Shown piece by piece: positions 51,965 to 64,000 of a DNA stretch of 64,000 nucleotides. The stretch lies in contig NC_042999.1 of assembly GCF_006345805.1 (NCBI RefSeq), forward strand, positions 82,770,001-82,834,000, given 5' to 3'. Under the pieces are notes generated by a model, which was not told the origin of the DNA, searched no databases, and worked only from the letters and a program-made list of their open reading frames with translations. Positions within the stretch are counted from its first letter, which is position 1, and every line of letters starts with the position of its first letter. This DNA is from Octopus sinensis. Lineage: Eukaryota. The translations under genes and the position numbers were made by a program.

Positions 51965-53534
51965 CATACATACATACATACATACATACATACATACATA
52001 CATACATACATACATACATACATACATACAACTATTGTCTTGGTCGCGAAACCATCTGATATGTATTATAAAATAAAACTATCACGAAGTCACTAATCTA
52101 TCAACTGGTAGTATTAGCCATTACTAAATATGGTTATTCATTGCAAATGATCTAAAACAGTTGCTACTCAAAGGCCTACGACCTCAGCTCATTTTCTTTA
52201 ATTCTGTGTTTAGTAATAAATATGTTTCTATCTTACTAATCAGAAATAGGAGTCGACATAATATCCACGCAACTGGTGACTATTTTTGTATTTCATATTT
52301 TTTGAGACACACACACACACGTGCAAACACACTTACACGAACGTATGTTTTGTGTATGTTTGTGTATGTGAGTCAGTATAAGTGTATACTAAGTGTGTGT
52401 ATATGTATGTTTCAATGATCGTGTAAACAATAGGTACTAATTACTGGTTATGTACACTCCAATTTGTTCGCAATTGGTTAGTAAGAAGAGGAAATATATT
52501 AGTATTACCAAAATTAGTAATTAACGAAAAATGAGAATAGCTCACATGTCCTTGAGCAAGGATCATCAGAGTGAAGGAGGAATTTGTTGTTTTAGATAAT
52601 TTGTTGTGTATACACAATGAAAAATTTTATACTCGAGGAGGCTTAAAATGGGGAAGAGTGCTTTCAGAATGTCTTTTCCTTTAAGTCGTGTCAGGTTTTA
52701 AGAATTCTTCCTTCTAGGGATTATCTCTTCTCATTTGAAATTGGTTCTACTTTTTTAACAGCAGAGATAATTTTGAAGGATTCAAGACTTTATCTCGAAT
52801 GATATATAATATATGATAAATTTTTCAGCCTTTCATCAATTTATGTAACTTTACAGCTGTTTAAGCCTTAAGTCAGGAGGCTTCAGAAGTGAATATAGAT
52901 GTATCTAACCATGTGACTTCTATACGATTACGGCCGTTTGCAACCTTCTTCATATTGGGTTGGTTTCAGATTTTTTTTTTTCGCATTAATTTTCATTTTT
53001 ATATTGATACGTAAAATTACGTTACTTTGTAATTGATTAATACGCGAACTGATAGCCGATACAGTAAAAGGTGCTTACTGTGATAACCGCACGATTCTCC
53101 GATCTATATTTTACACTCTCCATTTACACACACACACACACACACATACACACACATACACATGCACATAAATACATACATGCATGCATATACTCACGCA
53201 TACACAAACACACGCGCAAACACACTCATATGGCCGAGTGGTTAAGGCGTTTATACTACTATAAAATTGTTGGTAGCGAGCTCGATCTTACTGTTTGGTA
53301 TCTAGAGCCAGTGCTTGAAGGATCCTTAGTCACTTGCAGCATCTTTGACCCCAATGAAAGATCCATTTTATTTACTTATCTATTTATTTACATCGTCGTC
53401 AGCAATCCTTCGAGGTCGACAAGATTGATTGACCTCCTATTACAGACAACTCACATAAAATTTTGTCGGTAAATGTGATATTCTCGAATCTATTCACAGA
53501 TGAATAATTTTCATTATCACATGTAAGGCATAAC

Positions 53535-53790
53535 AAAATGGCGTTGTCTTTCAGTCATTTCGCAGTGCTTTTTACAACCACATTTAACATTAAGACGTTA
53601 AGTCTATACTCCGTCCATGTATTTGGCTCCCTCATACATAGACCGTCTCCACCTGTGTCGATTATTTGCTGACAATTTCTATATATATACACGTTGAGGC
53701 GCCACTTTTAAAATTTCCTTTAAGTACGTCTTTGAATTTCTTCCCTTGTCTGATTTGTGTGCGCTTTCTTCCTTAAGGCTGGTAATAGAG
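53535..53790 (-). mobile_element. RTE-like LINE 3' remnant (duplicated at 55516-55790)
   Basis: QLFY..GRKRTQIRQGKQFKDVLKGNL resembles the RTE C-terminal GGQ.KRFKD.LK motif. Confidence 0.55.
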
Positions 53791-53795
53791 GCGAT

Positions 53796-54139
53796 CACAC
53801 CTGTTCACCGTCGTCTACGTAGAGCCGGAGATGTCGCAATTCCAGCGCATGTCTGGCATCATCAATCACGGCATGCCCAGCCCTTCTTTTAACGGGTATC
53901 GGCAGCAAACGGATCACCTGACTCTCGGAACCCATCCTTTCCACAAGAAGCGGAAGAGAATGCATTCCAGTTTGGTTATGGTAAGATCGGGACAAGGCAC
54001 GACGGTCAGGCGGTAGAAGATGGCGGATGCGATGTACGTGTTCGCCACATCCACCCGTCCCTTTAGGGAAAGCTTCCTCTAGGCCCATTGCCAGGCAAGT
54101 GTGACCACCCTACTCGTTATCTCGTTCCAGTTCTTCTCC
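53796..54139 (-). mobile_element. Tx1/L1-like LINE, copy 4 fragment
   Basis: Matches 25905-26250; 5' junction abuts (GA)n/(GATA)n. Confidence 0.88.
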
Positions 54140-54148
54140 GTTTCCTAG

Positions 54149-54203
<55 letters not shown>

Positions 54204-54349
54204 CAGATAGATAGATAGGACTGTTTAAAACTGAAAATTCATTACGTTGCTACTCAATGATTCAGGTTTGCATACGTTCGTTCAAGCAATATTGGCCCTT
54301 AAATAGAAATTTAAAACTTTAACACACGCAAATGAGCATTTGTATGCGT

Positions 54350-54640
54350 GAGTACACGATCGTATAGTCATGAGTTCGATTATCGGCGGCGCATTGTGTC
54401 TTTGAACAAAACACTTCATTTTATATTGCTCCAGTTCACTCAGCTGGCAAAATCGAGTAGTACCTGTAATTCAAAGAGCCAGCCTTGTCACCTCCTGTGT
54501 CACGCTGAATCTCCCTAACAACTATGTTAAGGGCAAACGTGTCTGCGGAGAGCTCAGCCACTTGCACATAAATTTCACGTGCAGGATGTTCCGTTGATCG
54601 GATCAACTGGAACCACTCGTCGCCGTAACCGACAGAGTGT
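54350..54640 (+). mobile_element. SINE family C/D
   Basis: GAGTTCGATT B box and the shared GTCACGCTGAATCTCCC..GATCGGATCAACTGGAAC tail. Confidence 0.7.
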
Positions 54641-56177
54641 CAATATGTATTGATACATCATTTGGAATGGATGGCTTACCTTCTCGTAATTCGGATATCA
54701 GGAATCTGTACGATACAACCATTTGGCATTTCAGGTCTATAAACGTTCAGTTCTTCTCCGAAATTTTCAATAAATTTGGACGAAATCTTACTCAGAAATT
54801 TTTAATTGAAATCTGACGGCACCTTTTACTATTATTGCCTTGGTCGCGAAACAATCTGATATATATTATAAAATAAAACTATCACGAAGTCACTAATCTA
54901 TCAACTGGTAGTATTAGCTATTACTAAATATAGTTATTCATTGCAAATGATCTAAAACAGCTGCTACTCAAAGGCCTACGTCCTCAGCTCATTTTCTTTA
55001 ATGCTGTGTTTAGTAATAAATATGTTTCTATCTTACTAATCAGAAATAGGGGTCGACATAATATTCACTCAACTGGTGACTATTTTTGCATCTCATATTT
55101 TTTGAGACACACACACACTAACACAAACATACGTTTGCGTATGTGAGTCAGTATAAGTGTATATTGAGTGCGTGTATATGTATGTTTCAATGATCGTGTA
55201 AACAATAGGTACCAATTACTTGTTATGTACACTCCAATTTGCTCATAATTGGTTAGTAAGAAGAGGAAATATATTAGTATTACCAAAATTAGTAATTAAC
55301 GAAACATGAGATTAGCTCACATGTCCTTGAGCAAGGATCATCAGAGTGAAGGGGGAATTTATTGTTTTATATAATTTGTCGTGTACACACAATGAAAAAT
55401 TTTATACTCGAGAAGACTTAAAATGGAGAAGAGTGCTTTCAGAATATATTTTCCTTTAAGTCGTGTCAGGTTTTAAGAATTCTTCCTTCTAGGGATTATC
55501 TCTTTTCATTTGAAGAGAATGGCCGTTGTCTTGCAGTCATTTGGCAGTGCTTTTTACAAGCACATTTATCATTAAGACGTTAAGTCTTAATGATAGACGT
55601 TAAGTCTGGCTCCCTCATACATAGACCGTCTCCACTTGTGTCGATTATTTCCTGACAATTTCTATATATACTCGTTGAGGCAACACTTCTTAAATTTCCC
55701 TTAAGTACGTCTTTGAATTGCTTTCCTTGTCTGATTTGTGTGCGCTTTCTTCCTTGGGACCGGTAATAGAATAGTTGTTGGAGCAATCAGTTTGCGATCT
55801 CACTTCAATACAAATCAAACATGTTTTTATCGGTAGCAATATTAAAAATATAGTAAGATCTTATTAATTGTATGTATGACACTGAATATATGTATATGAG
55901 TATCTCTGTATGGCGTACATTACATATAGAATTTTAAGAAACAAATATACGTACATGAATGATGTGAGTACTACAGTTACATACAATTGGCCGAATATTT
56001 TCTGTAAAGAAACTTCCTTAAGAATATTTTTTTCCCAATCCTCGGGTAACATGAAACAACATGTATTATGTAGGTGAATACAACCACTGGCTAACTTAAT
56101 TCCCATTTTTGGGTTGATTATAGCACGGCACAGCATGAACTAGTCAGATAGATGCATAAATTTAATATTCATATTTA

Positions 56178-56689
56178 TTGGGTTGGCCGGAAAGTTCGTG
56201 CCGATTTTTAAAGTCAAGAAAAGGGTCAATTGCACAATGCGTCTCCATCTTTCCTTTAACTTGAAAATATCCTCTTCCCAGAATTGAGGTGGTTTCATGG
56301 CAAATAATTCATCGAGGTATCTCTTTACGTCAACCAAGGAATTGAAATTTTTACCATTAAGACTATTCTACTAAGACCTTAATAAGTGGAAATCCGAAGG
56401 AGCAATATCTGGTGAATATGGAGGGTGGGGTAAAACATCCCAGCCGAGCTGCAGCAATTTTTGTCTGGTTCCCAAAGCATCAAGTGCCGAAAATAAACTT
56501 TCTTATCCTCCATTTTAAAGGGTTACAGAATTAACACGGGTTATAGGATCATAAACCTTCTTCCACGAAAAGATAGCTTAAACTGTGCTCTAAATGGAGC
56601 TGTAGTCAAATCCTATTTTATGGACTTGTTCTAAAATAAGTCGAAAGGTAAGCTACTATAAATCGGCACGAACTTTCCGGACAACCCAA
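56178..56689 (-). mobile_element. Internally deleted mariner (512 bp)
   Basis: 30-bp TIRs TTGGGTTG[G/T]CCGGAAAGTTCGTGCCGATTT; TA TSD; LGWDVLPHPPYSPDIAPSDFHL motif. Confidence 0.93.
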
Positions 56690-56959
56690 TAAATCCTTCA
56701 TTACTGTGTCAGTAGTTACAATTCTAACATCTAATTAATCCATCTGCTCCTCATCATTCGTGAATATGGCCCCTTAATTCTCCACTTGTGTCAGTGATGA
56801 GCCACTAACAAGCAGAGTGTCTTGAGATGACTTTCTTGAGAGGACCAATATCTCAGTCTTCATACCATTAATCCTTATCCCTGTCTTGCATTTAGAAAAT
56901 GAGCGGTTGGTAAAAAAAAAAGTCACTCACTATCATCAGTTCGGTTTTCGTGATTATTC

Positions 56960-57430
56960 TCACCAAGATTCGTAAATGTTTGGAAATGACCGAAACAGTT
57001 CAATTGCGAATACAAGCGACGGAAATGGGGTACCGCCGAAAGATCCCTTCAATATCCCTTGATGGTGTGCGTAGCTCGATAATCAGAGAATTTCACCAGG
57101 TTGAGCCGCCACTTCTCTACACTGAAAGGTTACAGCTACAGTATTGTGGATATGAGATCAGAATGTTGTAGAAAGAATTACAAGACTGATTCTTCAACGT
57201 GAGCCAACCTACGGGTAGCCCAAGAAGGAGATGGCAAGATGATATCCAATAGTCTCAGATAGTCACGCTTGAGAATCTTGGCGGAAATTCTAATGGCGAT
57301 TGCTTCTGATAACACTCTGTGGAGGAGATGCCTAAGGACTCTACCCCCCACCACGACCCTCCCAAGAATGTGAACGTTGAAGAAAGACGGATGGATGGAT
57401 GGATGGATGGATGGATGGATGGATGGATAG
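56960..57430 (+). mobile_element. RTE-like LINE 3' remnant with (GGAT)n tail
   Basis: RIQATEMGY.RKI..VRSSIIRE..VEP.LLY.ER.QL..G..IRM and GSPRRRWQDDI. Confidence 0.7.
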
Positions 57431-58469
57431 ATGGATCCCTCATTAATACTGTATGTGATCTGTTTTAGTATTGTACTGTAATATTAATTTTGCGTTGTTT
57501 CTTGGAGGGGAATGTAATAATTTCACCACTGACATTTTCTGTGTATATGGATAGATATTCTCTGTTTCTGTTTTAAGGATAGATATTTATTTTTGCATTT
57601 ACTGTAGACGGCCATGATATATTTGTTATTTTCTCTCTGAATCTCCTCCCTCCTCTCTCTCTTATTTGGTAACAGAATTATTGTATCGCTAGAGGTTTTA
57701 TTTAGGCTGTTCTTCATATGGAATTTTAGTACTAAATTGGCTTCCAAGTCATCTTTTAATCTTTCGACAACTTCTTGTGTGTCTTGATATTAACGGAAGA
57801 CCTAGAAAAGAACTCTCTATTGAAATTCAGTGTGCAGAACAGTGATGAAATCTCTACTTAGAAGAGCATTTATTTAGATTCACCTCCACAAATGAAACAT
57901 TATAACAAAAAATGCAAAATAAAACAAACTCTAATCAACAACTACAATACAAGAAAACTAGCTGACCAAGCCATACAACCTTACAGACACACATTCAACA
58001 CTTAAAATGAATTAGGCAACACACTTATTAAAACTACGCAAACCATGCATATGCTATTGTTACGTTTCGGAATGGTCATTTTGCCAGTTTAGCCAATAAA
58101 CGTACATGCAGATGCTATAATACATAAATCAAATGTACAGTAATTACAAAATAGAATTTTTTTAAATATAAAATGGCATAGAAAATTACATAATATGTAT
58201 TAAACTAAAGAATAAACACTAATGATATACACGGAAAATCTAAGGATACTCCGATAAACATTTTGTAATCCCTCATAGTTATCCGAATTCCATGGAACAC
58301 TGAGTCAGATCTAAGACTACAGTCGCAACAAAACTTCTAGAGCTGCCTCTGAGAGGACATAGTTTCATCTCCCAATACATTGAGTTATACTCAATGAATA
58401 TGTATGCATGACTGCTTGCGTCTGGAATTTTGGTACATTTCATGTACGAATGTATATATCTAGAAGAAG

Positions 58470-58800
58470 GACGGACCCCCCTTCGGTCAAGAATGATCAT
58501 GGGATTACACCTAGAAAGTCACTTTCCGAGGCACAAGTCCGGGCAAGGTTGTTTATCGAAGATTAACAGTTGTCCATACATGCCAGCCTCCTCTCTCCAC
58601 GTCACCGATGTTATCCAAGTGAAAAGCAAAGGCCGAAACAGCTTGACACCAGTGACGTCACAACTCATTTCTAAAAACTGAGGGAACTGGAGCAACGGGA
58701 AATAAAGTGTCTTGCTCAAGAACACAACATACAGCCCGGTCCGGGAATCGAACTTACTACCTCATTATTTGAACCCGATGTTCTAACCACTGAGCCATGA
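58470..58800 (-). mobile_element. tRNA-derived SINE with RTE-like tail
   Basis: Minus head CATGGCTCAGTGGTTAGAA..AGTTCGATTCCC; CTTGAGCAAGACACTTTATTTC central domain. Confidence 0.75.
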
Positions 58801-58934
58801 TGTATATATATATATATATATATATTCTTTTAGTCTTTTATGCGTTTCAGCCATGCTGGGGCACCACCAGTGTTATCACGTTTTCAATAACCCTTTTTAT
58901 GCGATTAGCCTTCGGTGAAAAAGTGAGTTTGACG

Positions 58935-59290
58935 TTACTGCCCCCTTTGGAATGTCCTGTTGTGATGTAGGTTCATCTGGGATTTTAGACAACAGGATAT
59001 TTCGCAATATCTCAGATATTTTGGCAAGGTATTGAATAGCCGTGGGCACTTGAATGCCAAGCTGTTGCAGTACATAGTCCTTACTCTAGACGGAATTGCT
59101 GAAACCTTTGGAACAGTGCAGTGACGTCTAGTTGCGGAATTGGTATAGCTCCCGATGTAAAAGGAAAGTGCCAAACCCTCAAGGATCTTCCATATGTATA
59201 TCACTGTACATCCCTCAGGTCTTCGTTCCAGAGAGTAGAGTCGTGGCTCTTTCGGTCTTTCCCGGTAGCTCAGCTGTTCCATTGAAGCAC
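58935..59290 (-). mobile_element. CR1-like LINE 3' remnant
   Basis: LSYRER.KE.RLYSLERR..IYIWKILEGL..PRLFNTLP. Confidence 0.8.
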
Positions 59291-60246
59291 CTCAAGTCCT
59301 GCTATTAATTTGACTCTGTGGGGTGTAAAAAGCATGCTTAAAAGTTTTAGTTTTTGCATTCTTTTCGAAATTGCTTTTAAATGTGGTTTTGGATGTTTTA
59401 ACTGCTCTTTCTAGCATGTAAGGCGGCCTGTTAAGGGTCACCTTTTTTTGTGTTTAAATGTGCACTAATTTTATATGGAAAATATGTTTTCTATTGACTT
59501 TTTATATATGCTAGGCCACTAGTAAAAAATTTCTAAAATTTTGCTTCCCTATATGATTTTGTGTGTGTGTGTGTGTGTGTGTAGGTATGCATGTATGGAT
59601 GGATGGATGGATGGATGGATGGATGGATGGATGGATGTAAACCATACATTTATATTGTTGCCTGAAGTATAATATCGAATGAGAAAATTCAAGCAGTGAT
59701 AGAGTGAATTGCTAACTTCGCACTTACGAAGAGAACGCTGGATCGATCAGATCCTACAATGTGCTGGGCTCAGTGAATAGTCACAGCCAACGCAAAAATG
59801 CAGTACCGCGATCACATCGCCCCTGAGGACACGTCAGGTCCTTGTTTCGATCCCACTCAGTCGAATCTTGTGTGTTTACCCCCCCCCCCCACCTCACACC
59901 TCCTCGACCCACACACACACACGCACACATAGTCCTTCAGATTGTTCAGTTTCGTTAGTGAAACTGTGCAAACAGAAACAGTGAAAGCCATTCGATTGAC
60001 GATATCCGTAACTTGGCTTGCTCCATACGTTAAGCTCTTTCGGTATGAACATTACGTCACACGTACATAATTTTAACGTGTGTATGTAAATAATTTTAAC
60101 GCGTAGTTACTTAAGTTGACCCAACAAGAACACTCTGACGAAACGAACTGATGACATATCTTATATAACTATACTTAATAACATGAAATGAGTTCTTTTT
60201 TTCTTTCATTCTCACAGCAAAAAAACTTTGTGTGCGTATGTACATA

Positions 60247-60623
60247 CACTACCGTCAGAAATTAATTAGCACCCTTGATTTGCTCTTCACTCAAGGTATG
60301 TGCTGTCACCTAGTGGTCATATCTCGAACTATTGCTTTGTTGCGAGTTCACTGTTGCGCAGAACGATGACGTAACTTTGTTTGCAGAGCAGTTTGAGAGT
60401 CTACAGCCTTATGATGTTGACATAGCAGTGCAACAACTTGGAGTGCGGATGCAGACAAATCTTCCTTTGTTTAATAGATATAGGTAGCGCCTCGCAAGGA
60501 CCGAAATCACACCATACTAAGTTTTCTCATCGCGTAAGACGTTTTGAACAGCTCATAGGTTAATTGATTTAACCTATTTAATGTAGAAATTTGAGAAGTG
60601 CTAATTAATTTCTGACGCAAGTG
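60247..60623. mobile_element. Tc1-like MITE (377 bp)
   Basis: TIRs CACT[AC/TG]CGTCAGAAATTAATTAGCAC; TA on both sides. Confidence 0.85.
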
Positions 60624-60959
60624 TACATGCGTGTGAGTGGGTGTATGTGTGAGTAGCAATTCTATCACGAAATAGCCAATTCAACTGGCTAAAGAATCAC
60701 GAAAAACTTTTCGATTTACTTTTCATTTATTTCTTGAGATGCAAAAATACTCCACATGAAACCGAGTTAACCACCAGGTCACAGGTGTGTGACGAAAAGA
60801 TTGACACTTCAACAGATATATCAGCAGTGAATTAAGCAGATTTATGCCTTCTTATTTCAATGTCTCAAATTACTATTTCACGATGCATTTGTTTCATTTC
60901 AACACATGGTCTTTGTCTCAGAGCAACTAGCTTGATAGACACGTACAATATTGACACAC

Positions 60960-61448
60960 ACACAAACACACACGTCTGTGTACGTGTGCATGTGTGTGTG
61001 TACGTATGCATATGTAAGTAGGAGGTAAATAGGTGTTCATATATATATATAATGAAGATATGTATGTAGTTGTGTGTATATAAATAATTATATATATATA
61101 TATATATATAATATATATATGTGTATTATACATACCATATATATATATATATATGTATGATATGTATAATATATATTAGATATATATATTTACTTATATA
61201 TATATATAACAATAAATATATAATTACTACAATATATATAATAAACATGTCATATATGCATAAATATACATACATACATATCTAAAAATATAGATATATA
61301 CACACATGTGATATGCATATATGTTTGCAAGCATGTTTGTAATATGTGTGTGTGTACATGTATATATGCATATATGTATGTATGTATGTATGTTTGTATG
61401 TATGTATGTATGTATGTATGTATGTATGTATGTATGTATGTATGTATG

Positions 61449-61480
<32 letters not shown>

Positions 61481-61799
61481 CTCGTGTATAAACGTGAGAC
61501 AAAGAGCAGAGAACAAAGTTTCTTTGTATGCAAAAAAAAAGAAAAAGAAAAAGAAAAGAAAAATGAAAAATTATTTTCACACAGTTGGCTCATACTTCAA
61601 AAGTGCTTTAGTGAAAATAGTAAGACATGAAATATAAAGAGAAAAAGAAATCCTAGCAATATTAATAGAAACGAAAAGAACATTAATAACAATAAAGAAT
61701 GGTGTAGGAAATATATCCTGTTGAGTTAATGTATAGTTGGAATTGTCACAAATGTGACTTTGATTTCCTTCAGATATTGTTGGTGATGTTCGCACATAT

Positions 61800-61856
<57 letters not shown>

Positions 61857-61864
61857 CATATATG

Positions 61865-61904
<40 letters not shown>

Positions 61905-62097
61905 TACATGCATACATATATGTATAGATATATACATGCATATAAGCATGTATATATGCAAATATATATAATATATATACATATATGTATATATATGTAT
62001 ATATATACACACATATATGTATGTATATATATATATATGTATAAATATATACATATATATATACATATATATATGTATATATATCTATATATATATA

Positions 62098-62169
<72 letters not shown>

Positions 62170-62860
62170 TATATATAATATAATATATATATACATATAT
62201 ATATATGTATGTATACGCGTATACATGTTTATACACGCATACATTTATGAATATACGTCTATATACAAAGTTATAGAGAGAGAAATATATAAATACAGAA
62301 ACGAAAATTTCCTAGTATATACTTAAAAATACATACATAAGTGTGTGTGTGAGTGTGTACGTGTATGTGTATACACATGTTTATATACAAAAATACACAT
62401 ACGAATATATATATATATATATATATCACGCGCACACCTACACGCATACATGCATACATGCATACACACAAACACGCACGTACACATACATACATACACA
62501 CACACATACATACACCCATACACATACATGCATCCTACACACATACATACACACTCACACATACATACACACACACACACTCACTCACACACCTGTATGT
62601 ACGCGCACACACATGCACATACACACACTTCCACACACCCACACGTACATACATACACACTCATACACATACACACACACACACACACGGACATACATCT
62701 ATGCACACACATATATACGCACATACTTACATACATTCATCGGACACACTGACACCCAGACATACACACAGACACACTCACACATCCACACACATACATA
62801 CACACACACCCGCAGGCGCGCGCACACACCCGCAGGCGCGCGCACACACGCGCTTGCGCC
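60960..62860. repeat. Large compound microsatellite field (TA, TATG, CA)
   Basis: Direct inspection; short unique spacer at about 61490-61790. Confidence 0.92.
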
Positions 62861-62869
62861 GGTTCGCGC

Positions 62870-63660
62870 ATGCATGCACCTCGCTCTTGGACCCGACGAG
62901 ACCTCCCGCTCGTTTCTGGGGCCGTCGCCTGTCGTTGGGTTCTCCCACGCCCGTCTCCGCGGGACCACTCTTCCATCTTCCCCTCAGCTGGAGTCCTTTT
63001 TCCTTATAAACCCCCCCTTTTTGTTACACACACGCGCACACATACATACACCCACTCACACACACACATGTGCTTAAATATATACATTACTCTTACACAC
63101 ACTTCAAATCTACTCGCCATACATACAACTACGACACTGGACACACACACACACTACTACTCAACACACACGCCCCCACCCCTTCCCCTCCCTCCCTTCC
63201 TCCTTCCTTCATTTTCTTACTACTGACCACTGTCTGCTATGCCTACTACTGTTCGCCCTACCTCACACGCCTACACACAGACGCACACACTAACATATAC
63301 ATATATCTTTTGTTTTTTTATCTCGCCTCACACACACATACACACACGCACACGCACACACTCACACATACACACACATCTGTTGCGTTACCAACCCTGT
63401 CTCCACTCTTTTGACTTTAAAAACCTACTTTGCTCTTGTTATCGTAAACTTCCGCCTTTCACCATGTGTACTTCGTAAACACCAGTCGTTTTTTTTTTCT
63501 CCCTCTTGTTGCCCACCTTGGGATCTTTCTTTCCTCTCTCTTCCTTCTTTATGTTTCCGACGAAGAGCTCCGCTCGAAACGTCATACCTTCCTGCTTCCA
63601 TCTTTCCTGAGCGCCTATTAATAATAATACTGTAATTGTTCCACGTGTTGTTGTTTTTTC
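62870..63660 (+). mobile_element. Degraded Penelope-like element 3' part with pLTR
   Basis: SPVVGFSHARLR resembles the Penelope P.VAF.R..NLRD motif; HFKSTRH resembles GIY-YIG; followed by a hammerhead-like motif. Confidence 0.5.
63551..63588 (+). ncRNA. Degenerate minimal hammerhead motif
   Basis: GTTT-CCGACGA-A-GAGC TCC GCTC-GAAAC-GTC-ATAC; U4C change and a stem I mismatch. Confidence 0.5.
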
Positions 63661-64000
63661 TGTTTTCCCGTTTGGATTAAAATTATATATATATACGTAC
63701 ATGCATACACACACGCAGTCACACACTGAAACACTTACACATGTATATATGAAATAGATTAGCATATAATTGTGCATATATGCATATATTTATATACACA
63801 CACATACACACACCTACATATATGTATATACATGCACATATATGGACACACTCTCACACACATATGAAATATATTATAGTACATAGTTGTGTTACATGTC
63901 GTATGACGAGTAACTTCGAAGGATGCTTTTTGCCAACCATGGGTTATATCAATCACCATGGTTTACATACAATAATTATAGTTTAACTTCCATCAAATTC

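Larger units (their letters stand above)
52031..55790 (+). repeat. Local duplication: 52031-53790 versus 54834-55790
   Basis: 52031-52745 matches 54834-55515 and 53535-53790 matches 55516-55770; about 790 bp is present only in copy 1. Confidence 0.9.

Overview
Repeat-saturated eukaryotic DNA. It resembles an octopus (cephalopod) genome, inferred from microsatellite density and the SINE families. No host protein-coding gene is recognisable, and most listed ORFs are artefacts of (CA/TA/ACAT/GATA/AAT)n repeats. The window holds mariner/maT/MULE/hAT/pogo DNA transposons and MITEs, R4/Dong-like RLE LINEs, four Tx1/L1-like LINE copies all abutting (GATA)n, CR1- and RTE-like fragments, a probable solo LTR and about 20 tRNA-derived SINEs. 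The main signal is a set of minimal type I hammerhead ribozyme motifs from several unrelated Penelope-like or retrozyme families. Two stand out. One is a 365-bp tandem plus inverted unit (33924-34830) whose three hammerheads all carry the compensatory U3-A8 core. The other is a composite element of tRNA-like head, (AAT)n and hammerhead tail (5154-6004; 16553-19137), one copy of which hosts a Dong/R4 LINE in its AAT tract. All alignments and folds were done by eye, and boundaries are approximate unless TIR/TSD positions are given.
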